Source: Balanoglossus misakiensis
Lineage: Eukaryota; Animalia; Hemichordata
Direction: 5' to 3'
DNA length: 64,000 nt
NCBI GenBank assembly: GCA_040954595.2
Contig: CM082588.2
Location: forward strand, 5,210,156-5,274,155
Shown: positions 23,573 through 37,119 of the stretch, in pieces
How the letters are laid out: every line of letters begins with the position of its first letter
Position numbering within the stretch: the stretch's first letter is position 1
Translations under genes and position numbers: made by a program
The notes under the pieces: generated by a model
Seen by the model: only the letters and a program-made list of their open reading frames with translations
Told to the model about the DNA's origin: nothing
Database searches by the model: none

Positions 23573-26500
23573 CTGTAAATGAGAATGGATTTAATCAAAT
23601 GTCGACTTCCATGTTACATGTAATATTTTTGACAACATGAACGCTGTTCGAAACCATTGCAGTGTAACCTGGACAAGTCTTAGAACATGTTTAATGTTTG
23701 AGTGGCATTTACAGGCCCTTAATAGTTGACAGGGCTATTCAGTAAAAAAAAAGAAATCCGGGCGTGTGATATACAAAAGGGAGATATACAGAATGCCTAC
23801 ATCACCTCTTGTATACGTGACGCAAATGGAGATCTGGCCAATTCATGTGATAATGTATGGAAACAGGTTCAACACTAACATGAAAAGAACTATGCCCGTG
23901 GGACGTGAACCCAGCGTGTATCTCCATGCTGCGACTTGTACATAGATTTATTATAGGCTGTCTATATAGTTAGAGACAAAGTTTCATCTACTGTCTTTGG
24001 CTATAAGCTGGACATTCCCTTGGAAGATACTGGGTGTCCGCATAGCATTCCGTTTCAGCCTCCTCTAAAAACCATCGCCGGATATCCTGTTCCATCACAT
24101 GGAATTTCCCCTCTATGGTAGTCGCAACACAGCAAGAATTCTAAGCGCCCAGCAGTGCGATAAATGTTAGACTCCCATTGTTATTTTGATATATCTCGTC
24201 GACAAAATCCGGCTTATTCAAAACACTAAACAGGTGCCATGTCAGGCACAAAACCATCAGAATGCCCTCTTGAAAGGAATTTCCTGGATGACTTACAATC
24301 CAGATATTTTCAATACCTTCCCATAACCACTTTTGTATTGATATAATTTCCCAATTCATCCATCCAGCATACATTAATTGAAATGAGCCCGTACAGTTCA
24401 AAGAGACATTGTGCTCGTATCCGGACCATGGAAAAGAATGGCTACATGGTATACCGGATTAATATTTTAAATTACGACGACATAAAACTCATCATATCTA
24501 TTTTCTTCCTGTACTTTATGGATGGTGTCTTTGAATACATACATGTATAGGCCCTGTTCGTTATAAAGTGTTTTCAAGCGTATCCAAGGAGTTTTACGTT
24601 GTATTATACACTGTACATCACTGCAAACAATGCGTTATTTCTTTTTATAATATTTCCCAATTTACTTCGATGGGACATGTATGGGTTGGCAGGGTCTCCC
24701 AGAACAGTACAAACAATGCCGTTGGTTTGTTCGTAAACAAAAAGTCGCGCATGTGCAGATCAGGCGACCATTCCCCTTTAAGTGAATCATTCTTCCTTCA
24801 CTTACACTCACATCATGCTCCTTTGGCGCTTTCTATCGTCGATTAGTCAATAACACAGTCTACTTTGTCTAAGCAAACACTAATTCGGCACTTTTAATGA
24901 CCATTTCGCCTTGTTACTTAAACACATTCAGTTTATTACCACCTCTGACTCAGCCTCTTTGAGTGATTCCGTTAGCTGAGACACTTGAACTTTTTCACCT
25001 GGAGATGCGCATCACTTGCATATACTGATGCCTGAGCAACAGAACTTTGAGAATCGTTTACTACAGTCCGCGTCGGTGGAATATATTCACAAATCACGGA
25101 ATGCAGAGGTTTCCCGTGATTAAGATTTTCAGTGATTAGAATGCTGGGTATATTTGCATACTATAGGGAGCAGAAGTAGAAGTACAGCTAATGTTCATTT
25201 AAGTATAAATAAGTATAAGTAATGCTTTGGCTTGCTTAGACATGATACCCATCACTCAAACCTGCTAGCCCGGTGTAATAGTATAAGGAGTCGATCTTCG
25301 CAAAGCATTAAAATGAAATGGTCCTCCGGGAAAATCGGAAATGTCCTTTTATCGGATGCTTTATGCAGGTACACGTATAAAGGAATCTGTCTCCAACCAT
25401 ACTGTAGTATACTGCAGTTCACTCGGGGGAGTTGAATCGTCGGCTGCAAATGTCTGGCATCGCATTGAAGCCCTCAATTCATCTGTCTTAATCCAATTTC
25501 AACCCGTAATTATTATGCTAGAAAACCTTTAACCATAAGGCACTCGACGCTATCTTAGTCTCTTGTACGGTTGAGGGGTCTTATTCATTCTTTCGATTCA
25601 TGAGAGATTATACAATCGCAAGTCTGTTTGGATTAGTTTCTTGATAATGCAGCTCTCTTCTCCATCTCTCTGAAACCACTCTTTTCATGCCAAAATGACA
25701 TGTAAATTTCACATGTATAGCACGTCGTATGAACAGTTGCAGACCCTTGTTGTCTGAAATCTCACCCATAGTTTTCTGTTTCCATTGATCATCGCTGTTG
25801 ATAAAATAAAACCCTGATTCGTATGGCCCAGGGCTTCATACCGTAATGCCATAAAAGTAAACTGATAACAAATCATTATAGTAGTTTGGCATTCTTTTGC
25901 CGCCTAAAACTATATATCCGCAGGATTTTTTTTAAATAAAAGAGCATAATTTCTATACTTAATTGGAAAGTAGATATGTCATATAGTCGGACAAATGAGA
26001 AGCAATTCAAGGTAATATATTGATATCTGAATTACTGACAAATCACAAACTCTGTATGGCATCCCTAAAAGATTATAAATAAAACATTATTAATGGCTTT
26101 ATAAACTTAGAATATATGGCTGTAATCCCGATCATATATAACCCCCGGGAAAATCGGTTCTTATTGACATTTAAGATGATATTTTCAAAGATACATTGTT
26201 AAGTAGTGTCACGTGACCTCAATTATAACTGAAGAATTTTGCTGGAGGTGTCGATTTCTTCATTTCTGGTCGCGACATTGGTAAATATGCACACTGACCA
26301 AACATACAAAGAATAACACAGAGTGCCAAATCCCCGCATAACACAGCTGTGTCCCCCCTGATAATAAAACGCCATTATTGTGATGTATGTGGGTTTAAAA
26401 AAAACTTGATAACACATCGAGTCTGGATATAGCAACGCAATTTGCCATTGCACATTTACCGTAAATAAAATCGTTAAGTCGTTTTCGGACAAAACGCTAT

Positions 26501-27891
26501 GGGAAACTGAGTTATGATGCTTCGTATATTTCGAGCAGATCGGTTTCATGTTCTTGTCTTCAGAAGAAAGTCATCCTTTTACAAAGTTTATACTTGCGAG
26601 GAGACCGTACTGATTTGTGAAAACAAGCGCACCATAGAAACATCGCGTTGATAATTATCCGTAGTCTTGTAGTTGCTGAAAGAAATGCCTGATTTTTCTC
26701 TCTCAAATGTCTTTACTGCAGCTGTAACATCCGGGTATTCATTATTAGTCTCGCTACGTCTTATCAGCAATTATCGCGATTATTCCCGTCTTACTCTGTT
26801 GTAGAACAGGATTACCTATCGATCTAAAGTGTTCATTAACAACATGGTTTCAAAGGTTACACTTTTATTTACTTGCCTATAAGCTCAAGAATTGAATAAG
26901 CTGTCACAAATACAAATGCTATACTCTATAAGAAGGAAAGCGGATTCATCCTCAAATTACTTTGCGAAATCTTTAAAATACATGTCATGTTAAGTTGGTT
27001 TTGTATTTTGACAATGACGCTTGTGTAACTTAAGCGGTTGAATCTCGACCAATATTACACACGACGCATGTAGTTTCATAATCTTAGTATTGAGTAACGC
27101 AGTTTCTTCCCAATGACCGTTTGCATGCAATACATTCGTTCAGTTGTATTCAAATTCTAGCATCCCGCGTTGGTCCTAATTAAAATCCGATTCATCATCT
27201 CTGTATATCACAACACGACTCGGTTTATGTCATGTATGTAAAATCTTTTATTGAGCGTCGTGTTATTGACTATACGCCTGTCAGAATTTCCGGTTTCTTT
27301 GCATGTTAACTCTACTACCAATTTTACTGAGCTTGATGTTATGCATGTACTTTGTTCGACACGTATTCCGTCGAATATAGTGATTTAATATTAGGACAAC
27401 AATTAATGTAACGTCACGATATCGGATCTAGTGCCAAATCCCTATTCATTAATCAACACTGGAAATTTCCTCATATTTGTGATTCAGCTAAAATTCTCTA
27501 TAAACTATGCAGTGGTGGAGTTAAGCCGTGTAGTTTTATTTGTACACGGTATTATTATTTAATACTTGCAGCATATTAGAATGACGTCAAAACAATAGCT
27601 TATACCAGGATGTTACTAACTGTACACATACTGACGTCAGGGATATAGTCTTACATGCATACTTACAAAGATATGAGTAAGTGTAGCCGCGTAGCCAAAA
27701 ACTTCGACGTGTCCAAATTGCACCAAGCGTGTTTCATATTTTCTATAATGTTAGATTACATGCAGAATGGAGTGTGATATTGTCCACATTTTATGGTTCT
27801 TTCGAGCTCTGTCACGGGACGCTAGTGACAATATTACTGTGTGGGTCAAAATAGGACAAACGTAAAATTCAGACAAATGCATATACATTAC

Positions 27892-27964
27892 CTGGGTTCA
27901 TGGAAAGTATTTGTAACGTCACGAAAATTGAGATCCACGTGGCTTGCCTCAGTAGGATAAAACA

Positions 27965-28001
<37 letters not shown>

Positions 28002-28072
28002 GAGTATTTTAGCTCTGTTGCACGTCTCTGGCCATAGACAGCCTGCGGTCGAAATCTCCACCACCGACCCAT
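27892..28072 (-). CDS. CHRNA9/10-like: Gene B exon 1 (long leader/signal peptide MGRWWRFRPQ...TWISIFVTLQILSMNP-G)
   Basis: Ends CCAG|gtaatg in phase 1, matching exon 2. Clear homology to 60016-60169 (WRFRPQ, TWISIFVTLQILS). The exact start ATG is inferred from the paralogue. Confidence 0.82.
27965..28000 (-). repeat. (ACA)12 coding microsatellite = poly-Thr in gene B leader
   Basis: 12 in-frame ACA codons inside exon 1. Confidence 0.9.
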
Positions 28073-28409
28073 CCCGTCTTTCTCTCGTGCTATTCTCGGC
28101 TGTGATGGAAATGTCGATGTCATTAGAACACGTGGGCAGTATACCAACGGGACTGAAATAACTTTTCTTCCACTTGGCATTGAACGATGGCTTTGACCGG
28201 GATGTGGGCGTATGAACTACACTTGGAAACCCGATACAGAATGTTGGGTCTATTCCGCTTCACAGTGCGTGGGACAGCTCACGTGTTACCAGCGCGCATA
28301 CTCCATCTGACGCGTTCGCGTTCGGTTCTTCAAATCTGGCTCGGACTACTGCAACTGAACGTTCACACGGAACACGAGAGGGTCGGTTCAGTCCGGTGGC
28401 ACAGACAAA

Positions 28410-28442
28410 GCTATTAATACCGTGATTTGCAATGTTGACGTC
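28410..28442 (-). promoter_or_regulatory. Putative core promoter of gene B (CRE-like GACGTCAA + TATTAATA TATA-like box)
   Basis: 30/33 identical to 60529-60561 at an equivalent distance upstream of the gene C ATG. Confidence 0.65.
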
Positions 28443-31364
28443 TGCTGTCAAACCTAACCCTGATCGACATGATGAGAATTCTATTACCTCAGTCAGTCGC
28501 GTGTGCGTTTGCCCATACACACCACTGTGTCACAGATTCCGCAAATGATAAATTTCTATGGCTTACCAGTAATGGGTACAGACACATTAACAAGAGCTTT
28601 CTGCAGATAAAGGGGATGGGAACAGGAAATGTCGTCGTGGAGACATGTCTCCCCCAGTGCCGCCGCAAACGGCAGCAGCTGGAAACTTCAAAGTGATGAA
28701 TTATCATGAACTTGTGCGCCTAAAAGCTCTATAGAGTTTCTATAGCAGCCGATCTGTCACCGTCGGAATATTCCGATGATATATGCATAGTCGGCGAGTC
28801 GATAAGACCATGGGCACAGGTTAACAAACTCCAGTCTATTTTAAACGTATGAACGGATTGCGATCCCGACAATAGCTTTATAAGTCTTGTGATATTAAAA
28901 CTTTGAATGCTAAGTTTTTGTGCTGACATTTCTTGATCTTGTTTCCGTTATAGTCACTGGTCTCAGATCCCAGAAGAAATGTATGTAGGTACATGTGCCT
29001 TTAAAAGCACGAGATGGATCTGGTCAGCTGTCATAGGGTATTATTTTAACTTTCAGCCTCTAGTTGTGACGTCACGCTTTCTATTACACGAGCTAAAAGT
29101 AGTACGTCCCGCTAGCATCCTGCAAGATCTTCCATGCAAACATCTGCGTCAAGTCCAGCACCGGCGTCACCATGAGAACTTCGATTTTGAATCGATATAG
29201 ACTGCTGTCATTATCTCTGTCCATCACAAGCCAAGCACACTCAACCTATACACGTACATGACTAATCCAGGAGGTGCGTCTCCGCCCCAAAGTAGCTGAC
29301 GCGTTCCAGAAAACGGCTCACCTGGTCGCGGATGGCACAGCGTTGAACCGACCTTTCCAGTAATCGAGACAACGTCCTTAGCCCATATCGCCAATGAAGA
29401 CAGGAGGACAATGAGGACGTCTTATTTGTTAACCTGGTTGCTCCCAGAAAGCCAAGCGATTCTTAAATGTTAAACGAAATCCACGATGTCAATATCTAGC
29501 ATGTTACCTCAGAGAATTTGGTCCGTATCACAGGAGACTATATATTACCCAAATCCGTTATGAATAAATAAACACATTCGCGATAAATATCAATAAATTA
29601 CCGAGAGCAGTGAATCATGATCTCCAATTTCATGTAATACTTGAAGTCCCACTCTCAAGTGAAATCAAGTCCGAAAATTAGCTATGGACCATTTTGTCAC
29701 AACAGATGGTTTATGTTATGTGCAGGTTTAACAATTTCAAAGCTTCGTATATACGTACCCTGAACTGACCATCCGAACCAAATGAAAATCAATATGGCAA
29801 GCTGTATGATGGGAGAGAATACTTAAATTTTGATAAATTGTATTGACTTATCCAGCAGTGATCCAGCAGATCCTGCGTATGATGTATAAGATACAGTAGA
29901 ACTTGTGATTCATACGATGGCTTCCGTGTGAGCTATACCTCATGGCCAATGTGGTCGAAAAGGCGGCTGTATCGCTATATGTGCATGCAAACTTAGAAAC
30001 TCAGATTTGAAAATAATAGATGAAATGTTTCAGTTAAACGGATCCTCCCAAGTGCTAACACAGTATTTTGTGACTGGCCCTAAAGCATACATGAAAAAGT
30101 TCTCCCCCCCCCCGAAGTTAACACAGGCAAGCCCCTCGTTTTTGTCCGGTACTTAGATTCGAGATGTCACGTTTTGCATCAGAGGCACGTACGTCGTACT
30201 TGTATCATACAACAATATGATAAAAAAAACACCAGAAAAATCAATCACACAATCAGGCTGTTACTCAATTCCTAATTCACATCTTAGCATTCAAACCACT
30301 CTTTCACGCGACAAAAAAACGGTACCGTTTCTTTGTTTATGCCCTAAACGACGCCCGCTTACTCAAATTAAATCGTTATCAGTGTGTTTGCACTCAGCTC
30401 TAATGGAGAAGCGACAATTTCACAACTTCGCAGGGACTAACTTTTCGTGATGTGAATTAAACATTGATGACTGTCGAGATATTCGATATAGAATTGGTGT
30501 TTCTAGCGCTTAATTTGATACCACTGTTTACATTGTATTTAATTGTATCTTTACCCGAGAAGGCATTTTATTGGTATAGAATAAGCAGTTGGTTTTATAG
30601 AATTATCAAAAACCACATAAAAGTGTTTGCAAAGGCTAAATATTACGTTATGCTCAGATTTCTATGCTCTTTATCTTTCAATGTAAATGTAGATGTAAAT
30701 GCGCCATACAATGTTTGAATTTGACTATTAAAAGTGTGTATAAGGCCATTGAAAAGATTTAATGCAACAGTTCCGCAATATTACAAAACCTGCACGCACA
30801 TGTATTTTTCTTTGATTATTATCATTTTCATTTTCCATAAGAGATCATATCTTTGATGCATAAAAAAAACTTGAATGTAGGTTGCGATTCCCAGCTATAG
30901 CGCCAGGCAGTAGAGATAGCTACAAAACTGGGTTTGGGCTCGACATTTCATGTCTATGAAAAATGAAATTCTAGTAATGACATAAGAAAATCCCATTTCC
31001 TCTCACCCTATCATAAAACCATTAACCCCATCTCATTATTGGTCGAAGATTAGTCATACGTGGATTTGTGACATCACTAGCGAATTATTCTGTTGTCATT
31101 TTATCACCAAGATTATTAGAGCCATTTTCTCGATCCCAAACAACTCTCGCTAAACAAAATTACACAATTAGGATTCGACAAAACATTCACAGTCTGGTGT
31201 TTCTCTCCTCCACCATCAACAGAAAGTGGTGACGTCAGAACCAACCATTTAGATGAGCCCAGCCTGACACGTGATCGCCATTATTTCGCAACAGATGTTG
31301 GATGCGATGTTAAGCCAGTCAGAATATGTATTTTGGGGGCGGTAAACAGGTGTTTAGTTTAGCA

Positions 31365-31562
31365 TATTCATTCGTTTTTTTCTGTGACTGTTTGCAGTGT
31401 GCAAGATGGCGACCCCAAGCTCCCCAACCATGATGTTATCGACGCCCCAAGTTTTGAACTGTAGTTTCACTCGCTCTTTTCTGTGACCGTTTGCAAAAGT
31501 AGCCTTTGCAAGATAGCGACCCTTAGCCCCAACCACAAGGATGAAGTTGTCGACGCCCCAAA
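31365..31562. repeat. Degenerate tandem duplication (about 100-110 bp unit, 2 copies)
   Basis: Both copies contain ttttctgtgac.gtttgca...tgcaagat.gcgaccc...ccccaacca...tcgacgccccaa. Confidence 0.75.
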
Positions 31563-32225
31563 TGCTGTGCATGGCCGATGTACGTCTACCTGAGGTGAGC
31601 TACCGCAATCCTATCATAACCGCAATCCTTATGTCCATGTCACGTTTGCCATGTTGCATCAATGTTAAGCGGTAAAGTTATCTTAGAACCCCGCCAGTCT
31701 TTCCGCTCTGAGTCCACCTTAGCTAACCTTACTCTCTCGACCTCGACAACATGCCACGTGTTCACAAACTAAGCTGTCTAGGTCACAGAAACGAGATTTT
31801 TGCGTGGATTTCTATTTTGGGATATCTTGACAAAGAAAAATATGGAAACTACACTCCAAACGCAAGCGCATTTGAATTCAGTGTGTACATGTAGATGTTA
31901 CATGTTCAGTTTCTGGGCAGGAAAATCGAAATTCAAATCAGTCGCGCAGGGAAATATCTTGGTTTCCTTTTTGAAAGTGTAGAATTTTGCTGTTCTATTT
32001 CTGTTGGCCATTGTTTCGTACAGTTCATTTGTTGTATTCCCACCTGGGCAGCTGAATGAGAAACTCGACCTCATTGGCTGCTGCGAAGCGCGAGATTTGA
32101 ACGCACGGCAGTTGACAGAGCACGGGATCCACTAGGGCCACACCCACTCAAAGAAACAACGGTGCAGGCAAATGTTACACACTGATGAGGAAGTTAATAT
32201 AAATTAAACTTCCTAATTGACAACA

Positions 32226-32231
32226 TTTATT
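32226..32231 (-). terminator. Candidate poly(A) signal for gene C module b
   Basis: AATAAA on the - strand about 530 nt after the 6b stop. Confidence 0.35.
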
Positions 32232-32763
32232 AAATTAAATTTTGCTGGAATAACACTCAGGCAAAATATAGGCATTTCTATGGCAAAAAAACTATACACC
32301 AGATGGTGCAGACTTGATTTTGATTGCATGGACAGCTTAGGTCACAAATCTGGGTCAGGATTGCTAATTTTTTAATGTCAAAATTTGAACATCCTAATAT
32401 GTCTAATTACATCCACTCAGTCTATTCAGATTAATTGGGTCGAGAAAGGATCTCGACGCCAATAATTTCAAATCATCACATGCCAATTATATAATTTACA
32501 TATTAACGTTCACATTACAATTTCTATTAAGTATTAAACGACGTTAAACCATCGTTTTGGATATACATGTACACACTGAATTAAACTTATGTCGATAACT
32601 GTATTTATAGATTTCAAAAGTATTGCTCTTAAGTCCATAAAATCGGTGCATAGGTTTTGGTGAGGTTAAACAGTCTGTCTTGTTTTAGCGACGTCTCTGT
32701 ATGAGATGGGTCGAATGTCCACATTTGCTATCGGGGCCTTCATTCCCTGACGCTGTTTGCTAT

Positions 32764-33386
32764 TCAAGACAGATTTCTCTCCAACTCATTGTTTATGATA
32801 TCGTCGCACAATGTCTGCGTGTTGCCGCTGGGCTTCTGGAGAAGCAGCGAGAGCGTGGTGGTGATGGTGGCGATGCTGAAGAGCACCAGGAGGAGCTTGT
32901 CCAAGATGGTGGCCACCTTCACCCACTCCTCCCGCAGCGCCGCCTTCTTGTCGCTCTTGCGCTGCACCATCTTCAGGTGCTTGAAGATCTGCTCCACGTA
33001 GCGCTCCATCTTGCCGAAGCGGGCGTCGAACTGCGGAGGCCTCTCGCGGTAGCCCCGCAGCGACTTCACCAGTCGCTCTGACGGCGCGGCGTCGTCGTCG
33101 AAGTTGTTCGTCTCCTGCTCGCACACCGACGCCGTGAATCGTCGTCCCACCATGGGAGACGGTTGGAGCCTGATGATCCCCGAAGACTCGCTGCGTGGGA
33201 CCTTCTTGGGTTTTGTCGGTTCGATGGCGCAGCTGCAGTTCATGAAGCAAATCACCGCCAGGTACTTCAACACCAAAACTTGGACCCACCGGGGAACTTC
33301 TCTATTGCATACATTAACATTTAAAACAGCGATGTTCATTGCAGTGGATACAGATATAAGACTCATGGCCGCTAAATAGTACTGAC
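32764..33386 (-). CDS. CHRNA9/10-like: Gene C exon 6b (M3-M4 of distal module, stop)
   Basis: ctttccag|GT CAG TAC TAT, EEWVKVATILDK, TGA at 32764. Confidence 0.94.
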
Positions 33387-33654
33387 CTGGAAAGAAAGAA
33401 GAACGGTATATGCATTAAATTCCCATGAACTCTCCTCATGACGTCAATTCAGTTGACAAAAATAAGCAAATATTTCAAATATGTTCAAATAGCTTTGATG
33501 CAAGTTTTGAGAACATTCCAGAGTATCGCTTAATAACTGGGAGATGACAAACAAACTGTCTTTGTTCGTCTTTGTTTTTTTTTGTGATTTTTCTGAAAAG
33601 TTGCCCGCATTTACAAATGTAAGCTATTGAAAGAACCCCTCTAAAATGTCTCAC

Positions 33655-34205
33655 CTATCAAAGGTATTTCCATGGAGGTTCTGGGCATCATTTGGGCAAC
33701 TAAGAGGAGAAACACAGTCAGGGACAGAATGAGCGTCACACTGAGGTTGGCTTTGACGACTCCAACGTTGTACGGCATGAAGAAACCGAGGAACGACAGA
33801 GCGCAGAGAAGAATGCAGGGAGTGATCAGGTTGTAGATGTAGTAGAGGGGCTTCCTCCGTATGCAGATGTAGAACGTCACATCCGGGTACTTCTCCGGGC
33901 AGCAGTCGTACTTGAGCACGTGCTGGCGGGTGAGGGCGAGCTCCAGGTTCCACTGCTCGTTCTTCATGAAGTTGGTCAAGCTCGGCTGCACGGACACCCT
34001 GGTCAAGTTCAACTGCGTGCTGTGGTACGTCCAGGAGCCGAACTTCATCTTGCACGCCTGCACGTCGAAGGGGAAGTACTTGACGTTCACCAGGCACGTG
34101 CTCTTCAAAATGGTCGGTTTGGACACGTACATAATCTCGCCGTTATTGCTGACGACACAGTTGGAGGCGGAACCGTTTCCTTTAGAGTAGTCACCTGTAT
34201 CAGCG
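33655..34205 (-). CDS. CHRNA9/10-like: Gene C exon 5b (CLVNVKYFPFDVQAC, WTYH, YDCCPEKY, M1-M2)
   Basis: attgtag| acceptor, IPLIG|gtgaga donor, 551 nt. Confidence 0.95.
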
Positions 34206-34582
34206 CTACAATATGAATCAAAAATGGAAGCGAAATTACAGTGATGAAAACCAATCCAATAAGCAGTACATTTATTATCACGATGCCCAGTCAAAACAAA
34301 ATGATCAAATTTTAACGTTGTACAGGCAAATATTGACCATAGGCTGAAAACTGAGTTCAAAGCATTGTCCAGATCGTTTCTCTCCCCGATTTTCATTTTC
34401 TAACGTTGCGTGATTTTTGTGTTTCATTTCCACGTAAATGTTGAAAGCTTCAGGTCTATTGGCCCCTGAAGAACAAGATTGGATCTATGTAACTTCTCAT
34501 CCCATTGACTCGATTCACACGGAGACAAAACAATAACAATGGAAACACACAAACACATAGCCATAATATAATTCATCACCCG

Positions 34583-34588
34583 TTTATT
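34583..34588 (-). terminator. Candidate proximal poly(A) signal for gene C module a
   Basis: AATAAA on the - strand, in the same position relative to a conserved block as 17464-17469 in gene B. Other candidates exist at 36139-36149. Confidence 0.35.
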
Positions 34589-35333
34589 GCATTTAGTACA
34601 ACCATTTCAAAATGACAGACACACAGTTGTATTTGAAATCTAAACACATCGTGCTAAAACTAGCAAAAACAATGAGTGAATCAACTTTCACATTTCATAT
34701 TTTTCTATGAAAAATAACCGTCACTGAAATTAATGCCAATATTTCATTAAACTTACACGTGCACTTAAAACACAGTGAATTTTTCCTACAAAGTAGACCA
34801 CACAGTATTTCGATTTTATCGTCAGAATTTCGCTGGCCGATTTTATGACCTCGTAAATGTGAAACGATTTCAGATACTTCACATAGTTGTTCCCCATAGC
34901 ACGTTTATGAAGTAGAATTCAAAATCACGCCCTTGATATTACATGCTGATGATATATATTGAACCATTTTGACATGACAAGCCAGCTTTGAAGTACGTCG
35001 ACGTCTGGTTTTGTCTTTATGTATTTCCACATACAGTCACACCAGTTACTTCGAAGTTTGAAGCACGTGTTGAATGTTTGCCATTTAAGGACTTAATCTG
35101 TAGCGATGGTCGATAAATGTATGATATAGCTCAAATTCTTTCGTAATATAAGATAAATGGTGCATGTTATTAACAACGTTTTGTTTTGACACACACAGAA
35201 AACCAAAATGGCGTGAGGTTGCCTTGATGACCAATGTTTCTTCTGCGACTCGGATTTGCCGTGTGATTCGCGAAAGCCAGTGCATCAAGTTTGGTATTCC
35301 TTCAAGGTATGTTCAGTCACGCAATCCACAAGA

Positions 35334-35410
35334 AAACAAACAAACAAACAAACAAACAAACAAACAAACAAACAAACAAACAAACAAACAGACGGACGGA
35401 CGGACGGACA
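35334..35410. repeat. Compound microsatellite (AAAC)n(GGAC)n
   Basis: Directly visible; lies between modules a and b of gene C. Confidence 0.93.
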
Positions 35411-36511
35411 TACAGATAAATATAAAACTAACTAACTAACCAGCTAACTCATATTTTGGAATCTAAAAAAAACATGCTGACCAACACAAATATATTTAAA
35501 TATTTTAACGGTAATGTAGTATGCCCAGGGTTATATTTGTGGCGTGTTACATGCAGTTAGTTTTTTTTCTTATATAATTATTATAAGCAAGTGGGAAAGA
35601 AATAATCTTCGTGTTTGCAGCTATTTATTAAAATATACACGAGTCTATCATTCGTTGAGTAGAAACAAAATATAACGTATTGTTACGGAAGAGCGATTGA
35701 CATTCGAGTTTTGTTGAAAGTCTGTACTCCAAGTCTGAAATAAGCAAAGGTCAGAGAATGTCGATTTTTTGTTTGTTAAAAATAATTGATAGTGGATGGT
35801 TTTCAATTCCGCGGTAATTATTGCTTATGGGTTTTTATTTGTGAAAGCAGATCCAAATCACAGCCTTCCCTATAGTAAGAATTGCGCAAAGATAAGATGC
35901 GCATCCTGTGCGATTTACGCAGCCGCAGATTCCGCGAAATATTTTCAGTCCGTCCCTCTTTTTCGTATAACCTCTTGGAACACATCTTGTGGTTCCGTAG
36001 AACTATAGATGATGTGTTGAGTGTCCAGGAGGCGGGCCTTCATAGGACATGTATAGCATTTAATACTATCCCATCTATTATTTTCGTAATGTCATCTCAA
36101 AGTGGGCGTTATTCGAAAATATACACGCAGACAAGGGTTTTATTTTATTCATTAATACCAAAATCCGATTTACATTACGTCCTTACAATAATTACTCTAA
36201 CCAATAAGAACTGTCAAGGTATTTTTTCTTTCCCCATTCATAAAAGCGCACGTGATGTCGGGCACTTCAAGTTTGAACACCCCGTCGTTAGCCAGGCCAT
36301 TCATTGAATTAAAGTTAGCTGTTATTTCCCAAGGCGGTTTAGAAAAGTTTTGACAGTAGCATCAAAACTGGTTGCAAGTGTAAAATTCTGGGTGTGTGCT
36401 TTAAGTCTTCGCTAGGTCTCTCTCGGTACGTTCTGCATATTTGATATTAGGGGGTGATGTAAGTTTGATATAAGTGTACGGTTTTCTTGGCGTTGTACTT
36501 AAACAAGATGT

Positions 36512-37119
36512 TCACATCAGTTCTGTGTGTTCGCCATAAAAACTTTCGTCTATGATAACCCTGGAGTCACACAGCTTTTTAGCGTCCCCGGGGTTCTGTA
36601 GTAAGAGCGCCATGGAGGTTATGATAGTTGCCATGATGAACAGAAACATCAACGTCTTGTCCAAGATGGTGGCCACTTTCACCCACTCGTCCCTGAGGGC
36701 GGCCTTCCTGTCGTACTTTCTCTGGACGGTCTTCAGGTGCTTGAAGATTTCCGACACGCTGCTCTCCACTTTGGAAAACTGCGAGTCCACTTCATCGTTC
36801 ACGTTGTCGCCGTAGCCGTGGTAGGACGACTGTCTGCCCGACGAGCGGAGGCTGTAGCGGGTGTCCCGCAGACCGTGGCTCTCGTAGGGGGCGTCGTTCG
36901 TGCGGGCTCGCCGGTAACCGATGATGTCAGAAGATGGCGGCATGGATTTCCCGCGCCTGCAGTTGCTGCCTTTCATGCACATCGCCGCCGCCAAATATTT
37001 CATCACAATCATTTTGATCCACGGCGGGACCTCTCTCTTGCAGACGTTGACGTTGAGTACAGCTACGTTCATGGCCGTTGACACAGATATGAGAGACATC
37101 GCTGCCAAATAGTACTGGC
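36512..37119 (-). CDS. CHRNA9/10-like: Gene C exon 6a (M3-M4 of proximal module, stop)
   Basis: cctgtag|GC CAG TAC TAT, DEWVKVATILDK, TGA at 36512. Confidence 0.94.

Larger units (their letters stand above)
15600..28072 (-). other. CHRNA9/10-like: Gene B: alpha9/alpha10-like nAChR with shared exons 1-4 and two alternative 3' modules (isoform a 546 aa, isoform b 549 aa)
   Basis: Exons at 27892-28072, 23436-23572, 21312-21356 and 20873-20982. They are followed by 18790-19340 + 17722-18338 (module a) or 16346-16896 + 15600-16225 (module b). All junctions are GT-AG and in phase. Confidence 0.9.
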
